Below the pieces are notes generated by a model, which ran no database searches, was not told where the DNA came from, and saw only the letters and a program-made list of their open reading frames with translations. Both the position numbers and the translations under genes were made by a program. A stretch of DNA of 64,000 bases. Source: Candidatus Nomurabacteria bacterium GW2011_GWD2_36_14 (GTDB lineage: Bacteria; Patescibacteriota; Minisyncoccia; Phycocordibacterales; UBA9973). Where the stretch lies: the NCBI GenBank assembly GCA_000991405.1, contig LBRL01000001.1:456466-520465 (forward strand). The letters are read 5' to 3'. Positions 29,685 to 39,282 of this stretch are shown here, one piece after another; positions within the stretch are counted from its first letter, which is position 1; every line of letters starts with the position of its first letter.

Positions 29685-29755
29685 AGGATTGTTAAAATTA
29701 TTTATCTCGTAGGGCTCGCCTCTCTGGGTAAAGAGGAAATAATTTTAATAATCCT
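29685..29755. repeat. palindromic ~70-nt repeat element, copy 2 (between map stop and T4CP-like gene start)
   Basis: Same arms as 22763-22830, divergent central loop; on minus-sense followed by U-run (terminator-like). Confidence 0.7.
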
Positions 29756-29769
29756 ACGAAACGGAGATT

Positions 29770-30537
29770 TTATATTTTCGTCAATATTTCTGCCTCTCCT
29801 TCAGTAATTAGAATAGTATGTTCAAAGTGAGCTGAGCGTGAACCGTCTGCTGTTTTGATAGTCCAGTCATCCGACGCACTGACAATCGAAGCCTTGCCAA
29901 TATTTAGCATTGGTTCTATGGCGATAATCATTCCCGGTATAAGCTTGACCCCTTTACCCTTTTTGCCATAGTTCGGTATATATGGATCTTCGTGTATCTT
30001 CACTCCGACTCCATGTCCCGAAAGCTCTCTGACTATACCGTACTTTCTGTTTACAAAGGATTCTATGGCGTGCCCAATATCCCCGACAGTAGCACCTCCC
30101 TGCGCTGCCCAAATGCCCACCTCAAGAGCTTTCTTCGTATAATCGAGAAGTTGCTGATCCTTCTTCGAAATCTTCCCTACAGCGACAGTGACAGCATGGT
30201 CAGTAAATAGTCCCTTGTATTCAAGCCCCAAGTCTAGAGAAACAATATCGCCTTCTTTTAATATTTTCGTTTTAGTAGGAATACCGTGAACTATCTCATT
30301 ATTCACTGATATGCAGATAGTAGCAGGGAAAGCCTTCGGAGCCCCTTCAGGCCTATAATTCAAAAAAGCAGGAATCCCTCCCTCTTTTATTATTAAATCA
30401 TGTGCATATTTATCAAGTTCGAAAGTCGAAATACCAGGCTTTGCCTTCTTGGCAACCTTATCCAATACCCTCGCCAGTATCTTCCCCCCTTCTCTTATAA
30501 TCTTTATTTGTTCTTTATTTTTTACAATAACCGTCAT
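29770..30537 (-). CDS. map: methionine aminopeptidase type I
   Basis: 255 aa; MTVIVKNKEQIKIIREGGKILA..., metal-ligand D/D/H/E/E pattern of MetAP-I. Confidence 0.85.
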   Translation of the reverse strand: MTVIVKNKEQIKIIREGGKILARVLDKVAKKAKPGISTFELDKYAHDLIIKEGGIPAFLNYRPEGAPKAFPATICISVNNEIVHGIPTKTKILKEGDIVSLDLGLEYKGLFTDHAVTVAVGKISKKDQQLLDYTKKALEVGIWAAQGGATVGDIGHAIESFVNRKYGIVRELSGHGVGVKIHEDPYIPNYGKKGKGVKLIPGMIIAIEPMLNIGKASIVSASDDWTIKTADGSRSAHFEHTILITEGEAEILTKI

Positions 30538-30662
30538 ATATCATCATACTATCCCAAAACCTCAATATAATCAAACCAATTCTCCCAGATAGAGCTCCGG
30601 GCCCTATCTGGGAGAGTGAATTCATTTACCAATCTAAACCTATGGGTTTGAGTTGGTAAAGA

Positions 30663-31205
30663 TTATAAAGAGATAATTCCGTTATATTTAGAACTGATTA
30701 TCAAACCTTTGTACTTAGGTAAATCTACCTTATTGGCTACTTCGGTTTTTTCTGGATATGAGAAAAATATTTTTGTTTTAAAATTAATTCCCAAGAGTTC
30801 ATTTCTAAATGCACATTTATCTATATCCCCAGAGAAAATTACATACTTATGGTCTTTTAGTTTATTAAAAAGTTTTATACTATATTCTTCTATGTTCTTA
30901 AATAAAATAATTCTTTCATCTAAATCTTTTATTTTATCTAGCTCTTTTATGAAGTCATCTTCGTCTCCAGTTGGAATTATTATAATATTTTCATTCATTC
31001 TGCCATTAAGCTGGTCTCTAAATAATTCTTTCGCAGGATCAAAGCCTGTAAAGAATACAATCTTTTCTCCTTGTTCAAACAACTTGGTCATAAGTGATAC
31101 ACTGAAAAATGAAGCTCCACTTTGCACAAAAGCCTTACCGTTTATAAACATTGGAAAATCTTCTTTATTAAAAACCACTTCCTGCTCATTTATTGATATT
31201 TTCAT
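30663..31205 (-). CDS. hypothetical protein
   Basis: 180-aa ORF flanked by hairpins with shared CCAGATAG/CTATCTGG stems. Confidence 0.3.
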   Translation of the reverse strand: MKISINEQEVVFNKEDFPMFINGKAFVQSGASFFSVSLMTKLFEQGEKIVFFTGFDPAKELFRDQLNGRMNENIIIIPTGDEDDFIKELDKIKDLDERIILFKNIEEYSIKLFNKLKDHKYVIFSGDIDKCAFRNELLGINFKTKIFFSYPEKTEVANKVDLPKYKGLIISSKYNGIISL

Positions 31206-31248
31206 AAATTATTCTTCCAGATAGGGGTTGAACCCCTATCTGGGGTTA

Positions 31249-32946
31249 TTAATACACTTCCTGTTGATAGCACTTCTCACAGTATACTATTTCTGGTCGG
31301 TCGGGAGAATATGAGGTTTCGAATTCATTAGTACAACCCTCTTTCATACAAGAGCGATGGTAAAAATGAGGTGAATTACGTAATTGCAATCTTTCATAGT
31401 GACGACAATTAGGACATAACCTAGGTAATGGAATATTCATTCTTTTACAAAAATCAACTTCTTTTTCAATAACCCTAAAAGCCCCAACACATTCATGATG
31501 ACAATTTCCTTGATGAGCACATTCAATAATTTCATTTAAAATATTTTTATCTACATCTTGAATATCATCAGGAATTTCTGCATTTTTTAATGTTATTTTA
31601 TAATCTTGACCTAAAGTTGAATACCATGTAAATCCTTGCTCTTTAGCAACTTGTTCTTCTAATGGAAAAAATTCATATGCTTCTGTTGCCTGATATGGCC
31701 AAGGAGATAACGATGATGGGAAAAATTCACCATACTCACCAGTTGTTTTCATATGTTCAATTATTTTTGGAATCAATTCTTCATATTTTTCTTTTGTATA
31801 CTGTTTATTTAAAATACAATATTCTTTTTTACGAAGTGAAATACATCCAAACAAATTTGAACACGAGGGAAAACAAAAGAAACAATAAGTAAGATTTTTA
31901 CCATTTTGAACAACTTGAGAAGAAAATTTAACATTAGATATCCCACTTCCAACAACTAATGATTCATATATAAGCTCTACATTATCTCCATAATTTGCAT
32001 AATCGTAACAATCATTCACTGGACCAGTTAAAATATTTTGAATAAATTTACTATTTTCAACCTCTTTAACTCTAAAACAATTTAGAGCATTTTTGGACTC
32101 ATAAATATAATCACCTAAAACAGTTAGGTTTTGCTTTCCATGAATAAATTTATGAGGATATTTTAGCCAATGTTTATATGCTTGATCTTTTAATGATTGA
32201 AAATCTTTTTCTGAACCAAAATTAAATTCTGATAATTTCTTTTTATATTCTTCTTTTGTATAAGGCTTATTAAATATATAATATGATTTATTTCGAAGTC
32301 CAATTGAAGCAATACAATTATTACAACCTATGCAATCTTTGCATAAAATTGTATCTTGGCAAATTTCACAATCAACTGAAAAGAAAGTCTTATAGCAAGA
32401 AATAGTATTTACATTACCATAACTTAATTCGCATTGATCTGTCATGTGACTATCTAAACATTCTTTTGATTTTTGATCCCAAATAAGATAAGCAGAATCT
32501 TCTGTAAAAGATGCACCACGTACCAAATAACAACCTTTGATATTATTAGAATTTGTACAATATTCGCAATCTGTAATATACATCATGGAGTGTGCAGGGA
32601 GAGGAACTGTATGTAATAATTCTTTGAATTGTTCAAAAAAAGTTTTAGAAAAATCATAATCCTTACCATATGTAGTTGGGTCCCAATCATCTGAAATCCA
32701 ATAATCTCGATCATAAATTTTTACTGGACTTTCTTCGGGAAACAATGAAAAAATCTTTTTACCATTAAGACTGTCCGTTTTTTTAAATAAATGCCATCCA
32801 TTTCTCCAAGACATTCGACGCTGTAAACGACAATTAGGACAGAAGGTTGGAGGAGGGACTTTAATCTTCTCATAAAAAGAAAAGTCATCAGGTTCAATAA
32901 TAAAGTCTTTTTTACAGTTTTGGCAGGTCTTCGTTTGTGATTCCAT
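31249..32946 (-). CDS. large Cys-rich protein of unknown function (paralog A)
   Basis: N-terminal CQNCKKDF-IE-DF-FY-KIKVP-PTFCP-CR; many CxxC/CxC repeats; C-terminal NIPLP-LCPNCR...YC-KCYQQE-Y; paralogous to 52761-54512. Confidence 0.5.
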   Translation of the reverse strand: MESQTKTCQNCKKDFIIEPDDFSFYEKIKVPPPTFCPNCRLQRRMSWRNGWHLFKKTDSLNGKKIFSLFPEESPVKIYDRDYWISDDWDPTTYGKDYDFSKTFFEQFKELLHTVPLPAHSMMYITDCEYCTNSNNIKGCYLVRGASFTEDSAYLIWDQKSKECLDSHMTDQCELSYGNVNTISCYKTFFSVDCEICQDTILCKDCIGCNNCIASIGLRNKSYYIFNKPYTKEEYKKKLSEFNFGSEKDFQSLKDQAYKHWLKYPHKFIHGKQNLTVLGDYIYESKNALNCFRVKEVENSKFIQNILTGPVNDCYDYANYGDNVELIYESLVVGSGISNVKFSSQVVQNGKNLTYCFFCFPSCSNLFGCISLRKKEYCILNKQYTKEKYEELIPKIIEHMKTTGEYGEFFPSSLSPWPYQATEAYEFFPLEEQVAKEQGFTWYSTLGQDYKITLKNAEIPDDIQDVDKNILNEIIECAHQGNCHHECVGAFRVIEKEVDFCKRMNIPLPRLCPNCRHYERLQLRNSPHFYHRSCMKEGCTNEFETSYSPDRPEIVYCEKCYQQEVY

Positions 32947-33042
32947 AATATGATTATACTAGAATATCAGCCTAAAATATACAGAACCCAAAAGTGCCCC
33001 TAAGCAAGGCTTATAGGGGCACTCTTTATATTTTGTATTATT

Positions 33043-33086
33043 ACTAGAACCTAGTCACTAGCCCCTAGCCCCTAGCCCCTAGAACC
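33043..33086. repeat. short tandem repeat (CTAGCCC)x3 plus CTAG-rich flank abutting pyrH stop
   Basis: CACTAGCCCCTAGCCCCTAGCCCCTAGAACCTA. Confidence 0.6.
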
Positions 33087-33775
33087 TAATTCTTGATCGT
33101 TGTCCCTGTAAATGCTTCCCCCTTTAGATAATTATTCAAGCCTTCTAGATTGGAACCAGACATAAATGCCACTTCCATGCCATCTTTTTCTGCCATTTCG
33201 GAAGCTATAGGATCGAATGGTGTGTTAGACCCTGGGGTCCACTTGGATGATATGAATGAGCGATATTCCTTCCATGTAAGATTCTCGAACTTCTTGGCTG
33301 TACTGTTTGTCTTTGGGTCGCTATCGTAAACATAGTCTATATTTGAAAGATTGACTATCTTCTTGGCATTAAGTTCTTTGGCTACTAAGACTGCGTCCGT
33401 ATCGGTTGAACACCCTGGTTGCCATCCTGCTCCTATGATAATATCGTCATTGAACTTTGTAACGTCCCTTGGGTCTATCACTATCTGACCAGAGGTATCT
33501 TTCCCAAAGGCAAGCCTCACAAGTTGAGCATTCAACTGTGTAGAATATATACCCATCCAGTCCAAGTCTTCACTCGTAGCTTCTATGACCTTGCTGAGTG
33601 CCTCATTGTAACGTCGGCAAGTCTTACCACCACCAACAATAATCACAAACCTCTTCCCTTTCTCTACCCATTCTAAAATAATCTTTTTGAAATCTTTGAT
33701 AAATTCTGGATTGGGCATGTCTGGGACAACGATTGCTCCTCCTAGTGATATAATTATTGTTTCTTTTTCTTGCAT
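33086..33775 (-). CDS. pyrH: UMP kinase, archaeal-type (amino acid kinase family)
   Basis: IISLGGAIV, VIIVGGGKTCRRY, GAGWQPGCSTDTDAVLVA; 229 aa. Confidence 0.7.
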   Translation of the reverse strand: MQEKETIIISLGGAIVVPDMPNPEFIKDFKKIILEWVEKGKRFVIIVGGGKTCRRYNEALSKVIEATSEDLDWMGIYSTQLNAQLVRLAFGKDTSGQIVIDPRDVTKFNDDIIIGAGWQPGCSTDTDAVLVAKELNAKKIVNLSNIDYVYDSDPKTNSTAKKFENLTWKEYRSFISSKWTPGSNTPFDPIASEMAEKDGMEVAFMSGSNLEGLNNYLKGEAFTGTTIKN

Positions 33776-33776
33776 T

Positions 33777-34373
33777 TTATAAATAAGGTTTAATTTTGTT
33801 AATAATATCTGTCTGAATTTCTTCTATTGCTCCTTCCCCATCTATCTCAATATAAATATATCCGGGTTGATTCTTCAGATACTCTATAGAAGGAGTTACA
33901 TCTTTATCATACCAGTCTAGTCTTGTCTCCGTATTCTCTTCTGTATCATCATACCTTCCTCTTCCTAGCATTCTCTTCTTGGAAGTCTCTCGTGAGACTA
34001 TGAAGTCTAATATAATTACATTTTCTCGATTGAAAAATTTTAAAGCTCCATCTACCATTTCTGCCTCTTCTTTACGTCTTGGATAACCGTCTATAAACAT
34101 ATGGTTGTCTTGTTCTAGATTACTGAGCATCGCATTCCCCCAAAGAGATATAGTAAGAAATAATGGTTGAAGTAATCCATTTGCAGTAATATCCTTAGAT
34201 AGATTGCTGGCATAAGAATTCTTTGTAAATAATTCTCGAAATCCATCGCCAGTTGAATAAGCAAACTGCTTTCGATTAGAATCTTCTTTTTCTAAATACT
34301 CTCTTAATAGTTTAAGCTGAGTACCCTTCCCGCAACCTGACCTTCCAAAAAATATAAATGTTTGTGGTTTCAT
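33777..34373 (-). CDS. adk: adenylate kinase (short form)
   Basis: P-loop FFGRSGCGKGTQ; follows secY as in canonical cluster. Confidence 0.8.
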   Translation of the reverse strand: MKPQTFIFFGRSGCGKGTQLKLLREYLEKEDSNRKQFAYSTGDGFRELFTKNSYASNLSKDITANGLLQPLFLTISLWGNAMLSNLEQDNHMFIDGYPRRKEEAEMVDGALKFFNRENVIILDFIVSRETSKKRMLGRGRYDDTEENTETRLDWYDKDVTPSIEYLKNQPGYIYIEIDGEGAIEEIQTDIINKIKPYL

Positions 34374-34477
34374 ATCTCTCTATTATATCCTGTAGTGAAT
34401 TTTTTAACAAAAATCTACTACGGGATTATATACTAAAATTATTAATCATAAAAAAAGACCCGATTATAGGTCTTTTT

Positions 34478-35749
34478 TTAATACTCTCGCATGGACAGTT
34501 GTGCTTCTATCTTTTTAATCAAATCTAAAACAACAGAGACAACGATGAGAAGGGCAGTTCCTCCAATAGCAAAAGCAGAGATATCGGTAATGGCTTTCAT
34601 TATGAGAGGGAGGACTGCTATCAAACCAAGGAAGACTGCACCGATAGTTGTAATGCGTGTGAGAATCTTCTCGATATATTCACGAGTAGCAGGTCCTGGA
34701 CGAATCCCCGGTACAAAGGCACCATTCTTCTGTAAATTTTCTGAAAGCTGATTTGGGTCGAAAGTAACAGCTGTATAGAAGTAAGTAAATAGAAATACAA
34801 ATGCGAAGTAGAATAGTGAGTATAACCAAGTGTTTGCTACAAACCATAGTAATCCATCTGATATAGATTTTAAAATATTATTCTCCATTCCAGCTAAAGC
34901 ATTACCTATGAGCTGAGGGAACATAAGTATAGAAAGTGCAAAGATGATAGGGATAACTCCAGCTTGGTTGACACGTAATGGTAGATAAGTCTGAGTACCT
35001 CCTGCGACATGATCGCCACGTACTTGCTTGGCATAAGTGACTGGTATTGGCCTCTCTGCTTCTGTCATGACGACAACTCCAGCAATAATCAAAAGACCCA
35101 CTGCTAGGAATAATATGTATAGAGGAAGATTGGCAATATTGAAAGTAAACATGAATTGTGCAATTTCCTTTGGAATGCTTGCCACGATACCAGCAAAGAT
35201 AATAAGTGACATACCGTTACCAATACCAAATTCTGATATAAGCTCTCCTATCCACATAATGAGCATTGATCCAGCAACGATGACAGAGAGATTGGCAACC
35301 ATGTTAAACATGGAAAGATCAGCTAGGATCCCCTGCTTCTTAAGCAAGAACAAAAGTGCAAATCCTTGGATGATAGCTAGAGGAACTGTGATCATACGAC
35401 TAAATTGAGTGAATTTCTTGCGTCCAATCTCGCCATCTTCTTGATACATAGCTTTCAAACGAGGAGACATGATAGTCAAAAGTTGCATTATGATAGATGC
35501 AGTAATGTATGGACCAACTCCAAGCATTAGTATAGAAAGAGTTGAGAGTCCTCCACCTGAAAACATGTTTAGGACTCCTAGGAATTGGTTATTGCTGATG
35601 AAAGTCTGAAGACGAAATGCATCAATACCTGGTATTGGAATTGCAGAAAGAAATCTGAATAATACGAGTGCCCCAAGCACAAACAAGACACGATTTCGAA
35701 GTGACTTGTCTGTAAACACCATTCTTATTTTGTCGAAAACATTTTCCAT
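34478..35749 (-). CDS. secY: preprotein translocase subunit SecY
   Basis: 423 aa, 10 TM, conserved SecY segments (GIGNGMSLIIFAGIV etc.). Confidence 0.95.
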   Translation of the reverse strand: MENVFDKIRMVFTDKSLRNRVLFVLGALVLFRFLSAIPIPGIDAFRLQTFISNNQFLGVLNMFSGGGLSTLSILMLGVGPYITASIIMQLLTIMSPRLKAMYQEDGEIGRKKFTQFSRMITVPLAIIQGFALLFLLKKQGILADLSMFNMVANLSVIVAGSMLIMWIGELISEFGIGNGMSLIIFAGIVASIPKEIAQFMFTFNIANLPLYILFLAVGLLIIAGVVVMTEAERPIPVTYAKQVRGDHVAGGTQTYLPLRVNQAGVIPIIFALSILMFPQLIGNALAGMENNILKSISDGLLWFVANTWLYSLFYFAFVFLFTYFYTAVTFDPNQLSENLQKNGAFVPGIRPGPATREYIEKILTRITTIGAVFLGLIAVLPLIMKAITDISAFAIGGTALLIVVSVVLDLIKKIEAQLSMREY

Positions 35750-35751
35750 TT

Positions 35752-36180
35752 TTATTTTATACTTCCACCAGCTTTTTCAATCTTCTCTTTGGCAGTTTTA
35801 GAAGTGATACAATCAGTAATTGTTACTTTAACTGTAATCTCTCCATTGCCCAAGATTTTAACTTTTGGCAACTTGCCTCCAACTCGGCGGACTAGGTTAG
35901 CTTCGAATAAAGTTGCTGGACTTATTATAGCACCTGTAGCGAAAACATTGAGAGAACCAACATTCACAGGGGAAGCCTTTATATCGTGTGAAGCGAAACG
36001 GTAACCACGAAGCTTTGGAATCTTCTTGATGATGTCACGCATTTGTGGACGACGCTTGTTACCTGCACGAGCTGTCTGACCCTTGCCTCCACGTCCAGAA
36101 GTCTTACCACGTGTACCTCCACGTCCTACTTGTCGTGACTTTTTATTTGGATGTTCTCTTTTTAGTGTGTGTAATTGCAT
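35752..36180 (-). CDS. rplO: 50S ribosomal protein L15
   Basis: MQLHTLK...GRGGTRGKTSGRGGKGQ. Confidence 0.9.
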   Translation of the reverse strand: MQLHTLKREHPNKKSRQVGRGGTRGKTSGRGGKGQTARAGNKRRPQMRDIIKKIPKLRGYRFASHDIKASPVNVGSLNVFATGAIISPATLFEANLVRRVGGKLPKVKILGNGEITVKVTITDCITSKTAKEKIEKAGGSIK

Positions 36181-36187
36181 AAAATTA

Positions 36188-36895
36188 TTATTTAGTTACT
36201 TCTACTGCTATTTCCTTGGCTTCAACTTTAGCCTCTTCTTCTTGTTCTGCTATAAATGCAGCTACTTTAGGTAATGATGCTATCGCCTTTAATTGGTAAA
36301 GAGTCTTATAAGCAACTCTTGCATTGTTGAGCTTGTTCTTACTTCCTGAGTGAAGCTTGGCTGTAACATTCTTTAATCCTGCAAGGATTAGCATATCACG
36401 AACTGTACTTCCTGCTACAAGTCCCTTACCACGGTTTGGTCTGACAACAAGTTTTGAACTTGAGAACTTTGCAGAGACTTCATGAGTTATAGACATATCT
36501 TTAGTAGTCTTGATCTTGAACATATTCTTCTTGGCTTGGCGAAGAGCTTTGGCTATAGCTATGGCTGTGTCGCCTCCCTTACCTGTACCTAGTCCGATTG
36601 AGCCTTTCTTGTCACCGATAGCAAGCGCCACTGCGAAAGTCATACGACGTCCTCCAGCTACGACACGAGTAACGCGACGAATGGAGACCATCTTCTGATC
36701 AAATTCTGGCTTTGGTCTTTCAAAGAATGTTCTTGGCTTTCTTTCTCCTCCTTGACCCCCTTCACGCTTTGGGAAACGGTTACTAGATCCGAAACTTCTG
36801 TTTGGAGTGTTGGTTCTAGCGCCTGCTTGTGGACGTGGTGATGTTGGTGCTGGTGTTGTAGGTGTAGTATTTTGTTTTGGTGTTGTTGTATCCAT
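36188..36895 (-). CDS. rpsE: 30S ribosomal protein S5 with ~70-aa low-complexity N-terminal extension
   Basis: Core VSIRRVTRVVAGGRRMTFAVALAIGDKKG...; P/T/G-rich leader. Confidence 0.9.
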   Translation of the reverse strand: MDTTTPKQNTTPTTPAPTSPRPQAGARTNTPNRSFGSSNRFPKREGGQGGERKPRTFFERPKPEFDQKMVSIRRVTRVVAGGRRMTFAVALAIGDKKGSIGLGTGKGGDTAIAIAKALRQAKKNMFKIKTTKDMSITHEVSAKFSSSKLVVRPNRGKGLVAGSTVRDMLILAGLKNVTAKLHSGSKNKLNNARVAYKTLYQLKAIASLPKVAAFIAEQEEEAKVEAKEIAVEVTK

Positions 36896-36903
36896 ATATA
36901 ATA

Positions 36904-37248
36904 TTAAAATTTAAGACCTGAAGCACGAGCACTATCTGCTAGAGCTTTAATACGGCCAGTGTACTTGAATCCATTGCGATCAAAGACGCAAGCCTTTATG
37001 CCTTTTGCATTTGATGCTTTAGCTATGAGAGTTCCTACGGCTACAGAGCGTTCAGTCTTGGTACCAGTCTTCACATCCATGTCTGAAGCAGAAGCAATGG
37101 TTGTACCCTTGGAATCATCAATCATTTGAGCATAAATGAAATTGTTGGAGCGGAAAACAGAAAGACGTGGAGATACAGATGTACCAAAAATCTTTGTACG
37201 AATCTTTTTCTTTAATCTTATTCTTTTGTCTAATTTTTTGTTTGCCAT
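36904..37248 (-). CDS. rplR: 50S ribosomal protein L18
   Basis: sequence match, position between L6 and S5. Confidence 0.9.
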   Translation of the reverse strand: MANKKLDKRIRLKKKIRTKIFGTSVSPRLSVFRSNNFIYAQMIDDSKGTTIASASDMDVKTGTKTERSVAVGTLIAKASNAKGIKACVFDRNGFKYTGRIKALADSARASGLKF

Positions 37249-37259
37249 ATATATTTTGA

Positions 37260-37796
37260 TTATGCAGCCTTCTTACCTTGCTTACGACGAATAACTTCAT
37301 CTGAATAACGAAATCCTTTACCCTTGTAAGGTTCTGGCTTTTTCATTGCCCTCACTGATGCAGTGAATGATCCTACAAGTTCCTTGTCGATACCTGTAAC
37401 TGTTACATTGTTCTTCTCTGCTGTAACGGTAAGTCCTTCTGGTATTTCAACTTTCACAGGGTGTGAGAATCCAAGCGCTAGATTTAGAGCCTTGCCTACT
37501 ACTTCTGACTTGAATCCAACTCCTTCTAGTATAAGCTTCTTGGTATATCCTTCGTTGACGCCTACTACCATGTTCTTCACATGAGAAGCATATGTGCCCC
37601 ATAAAGCATTGACTGTTCTGTCGCCTTCCTTGTTGGGAGTAAAAGTAATTTCATTGCCGGCAATGTGAATAGTGACAGGACCTGTAAAGTCGCGAGTCAA
37701 GGTACCCTTTGGTCCTTTGGCAGAGAAAGTAGTACCAGTAAGCTTTACTTCTGTACCTGCGGGAACTATAACTGTTTGTTTTCCAATTCTACTCAT
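37260..37796 (-). CDS. rplF: 50S ribosomal protein L6
   Basis: [21 protein letters not shown]... Confidence 0.9.
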   Translation of the reverse strand: MSRIGKQTVIVPAGTEVKLTGTTFSAKGPKGTLTRDFTGPVTIHIAGNEITFTPNKEGDRTVNALWGTYASHVKNMVVGVNEGYTKKLILEGVGFKSEVVGKALNLALGFSHPVKVEIPEGLTVTAEKNNVTVTGIDKELVGSFTASVRAMKKPEPYKGKGFRYSDEVIRRKQGKKAA

Positions 37797-37808
37797 ATAT
37801 ATATTTAA

Positions 37809-38195
37809 TTACCACATTTTAAACAATACTTCTCCTCCGACCATTTCTTTACGGGCTTGCTTGTCTGTCATGATACCTTTAGGTGTAGAAAATACTGTGA
37901 TAAGGTTACCACCCTTTGTGTATCTGATATCTTTCATTCCTTTATAAACACGACGGGAGGACTTGGAAACGCGTTCTACTTCATTTACCTTTGGTGCTCC
38001 ATCTACATAAGCTATTCCAAGCTCAAGAATAGGGAAACCTTTCTTTGTCTTCTTTGTAGCAGAAGTTAAATATCCTTCTTTGACAAGACATTCGGCGATT
38101 GCATACTTTATTTTAGAAAATGGAACAGTAACGAACTCGTGACTAGCACGACCTCCATTCTTTACCATATTCACCATGTTTGCTATTTGATCCAT
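37809..38195 (-). CDS. rpsH: 30S ribosomal protein S8
   Basis: MDQIANMVNMVKNG... Confidence 0.9.
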   Translation of the reverse strand: MDQIANMVNMVKNGGRASHEFVTVPFSKIKYAIAECLVKEGYLTSATKKTKKGFPILELGIAYVDGAPKVNEVERVSKSSRRVYKGMKDIRYTKGGNLITVFSTPKGIMTDKQARKEMVGGEVLFKMW

Positions 38196-38208
38196 AATAT
38201 TGATTGTG

Positions 38209-38265
38209 CCATAGGTCAGACCTAGGGTCTTTAATTTATCTTTTGTCCCTAGGTCTGACCTATGG
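38209..38265. promoter_or_regulatory. 19-bp perfect inverted repeat with 19-nt loop between rpsZ stop and rpsH start (candidate translational operator/REP)
   Basis: CCATAGGTCAGACCTAGGG ... CCCTAGGTCTGACCTATGG. Confidence 0.5.
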
Positions 38266-38277
38266 GCCCTTATTTAT

Positions 38278-38463
38278 CTACCAACTTGATTTACGTACCC
38301 CCGGAAGCATACCTTCGTTTGCTAATTCACGGAAGCATATACGACAAAGACCGAAGTCTCTCATATAAGCATGACCTCGTGAACAACGAAAACAACGATT
38401 TGTTTCTCGTGTACTAAATTTTGACTTTTTTAAATGTCTTGCTGTTACTGATGTTTTTGCCAT
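38278..38463 (-). CDS. rpsZ: 30S ribosomal protein S14 type Z (zinc-binding)
   Basis: 61 aa, CxxC...CxxC (RCFRCSRGH...LCRICFRE). Confidence 0.9.
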   Translation of the reverse strand: MAKTSVTARHLKKSKFSTRETNRCFRCSRGHAYMRDFGLCRICFRELANEGMLPGVRKSSW

Positions 38464-38585
38464 AAATAAATTAACTTAAGGGTGAAAACCCTCCATAAGT
38501 AATGATATCTCGTTTATTTTCTTCCTAGTCCTTCCCTAATCTCTTTGAGACGGGCAAAGAAGGAGACAAACGGATCTAAAACTCA

Positions 38586-38625
38586 TGTAGCCCCATACTA
38601 GCAAATGAATGAAAAGATGTCAAAT
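38586..38625 (-). promoter_or_regulatory. sigma70-consensus promoter for rpsZ operon: TTGACA(38622-38617)-17-TAGTAT(38599-38594)
   Basis: Minus-sense AATTTGACATCTTTTCATTCATTTGCTAGTATG; near-identical module at 43352-43392. Confidence 0.6.
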
Positions 38626-39282
38626 TAAAAGAGAACATTGTCATAAAAAGCAATGTTCTCAGTTTTTTGTATATTATTTCTTTCTTAATACAAACCAAAT
38701 ACCAATAACGATACTTAGTCCATACCCCAATATAGACCCTACTAGGTTCCAATAAAAAGTAGAACCTGTTGTTATATAGCAACCATATTGGCACAACCCA
38801 CCAATAATGGCGAAATCAATAACAATAATCTGGATTGATTTTCTCTTTTTCATTTTCTGGTTTTTAATAGTTTATTTATTACTTTGCAGCACTTTTTACT
38901 GCCAAAAACATTAGCGTTCCTATAACTGCATTTATTATAAAAAAGAAAAATGCATTTATGAATTTTGCATCAATTTCCTGGTGGAAAAAATAAATTCCAC
39001 CGAACAAAGTTATGCAAAATATTAACACCATTAATACAGCAAGAATAGTTTTCATAATTCAATTATTTTGATTTATATTATTGTTACCTATTTCAAAAAT
39101 CCTCAAAAGACTCTTGAAATAGATAACAATTTATCCGCCGAAGAGGCCGAATTAGCCAAAAAGCTATATAAATCAACTAAAAACCAAAAATATCAAAGAA
39201 CTTAATACTCGTATAGTATAGCATATTTGAGTCAATTTGTCAATGATTTTTAAGGCACATTCAACCTCATTATCCAGTCCTA

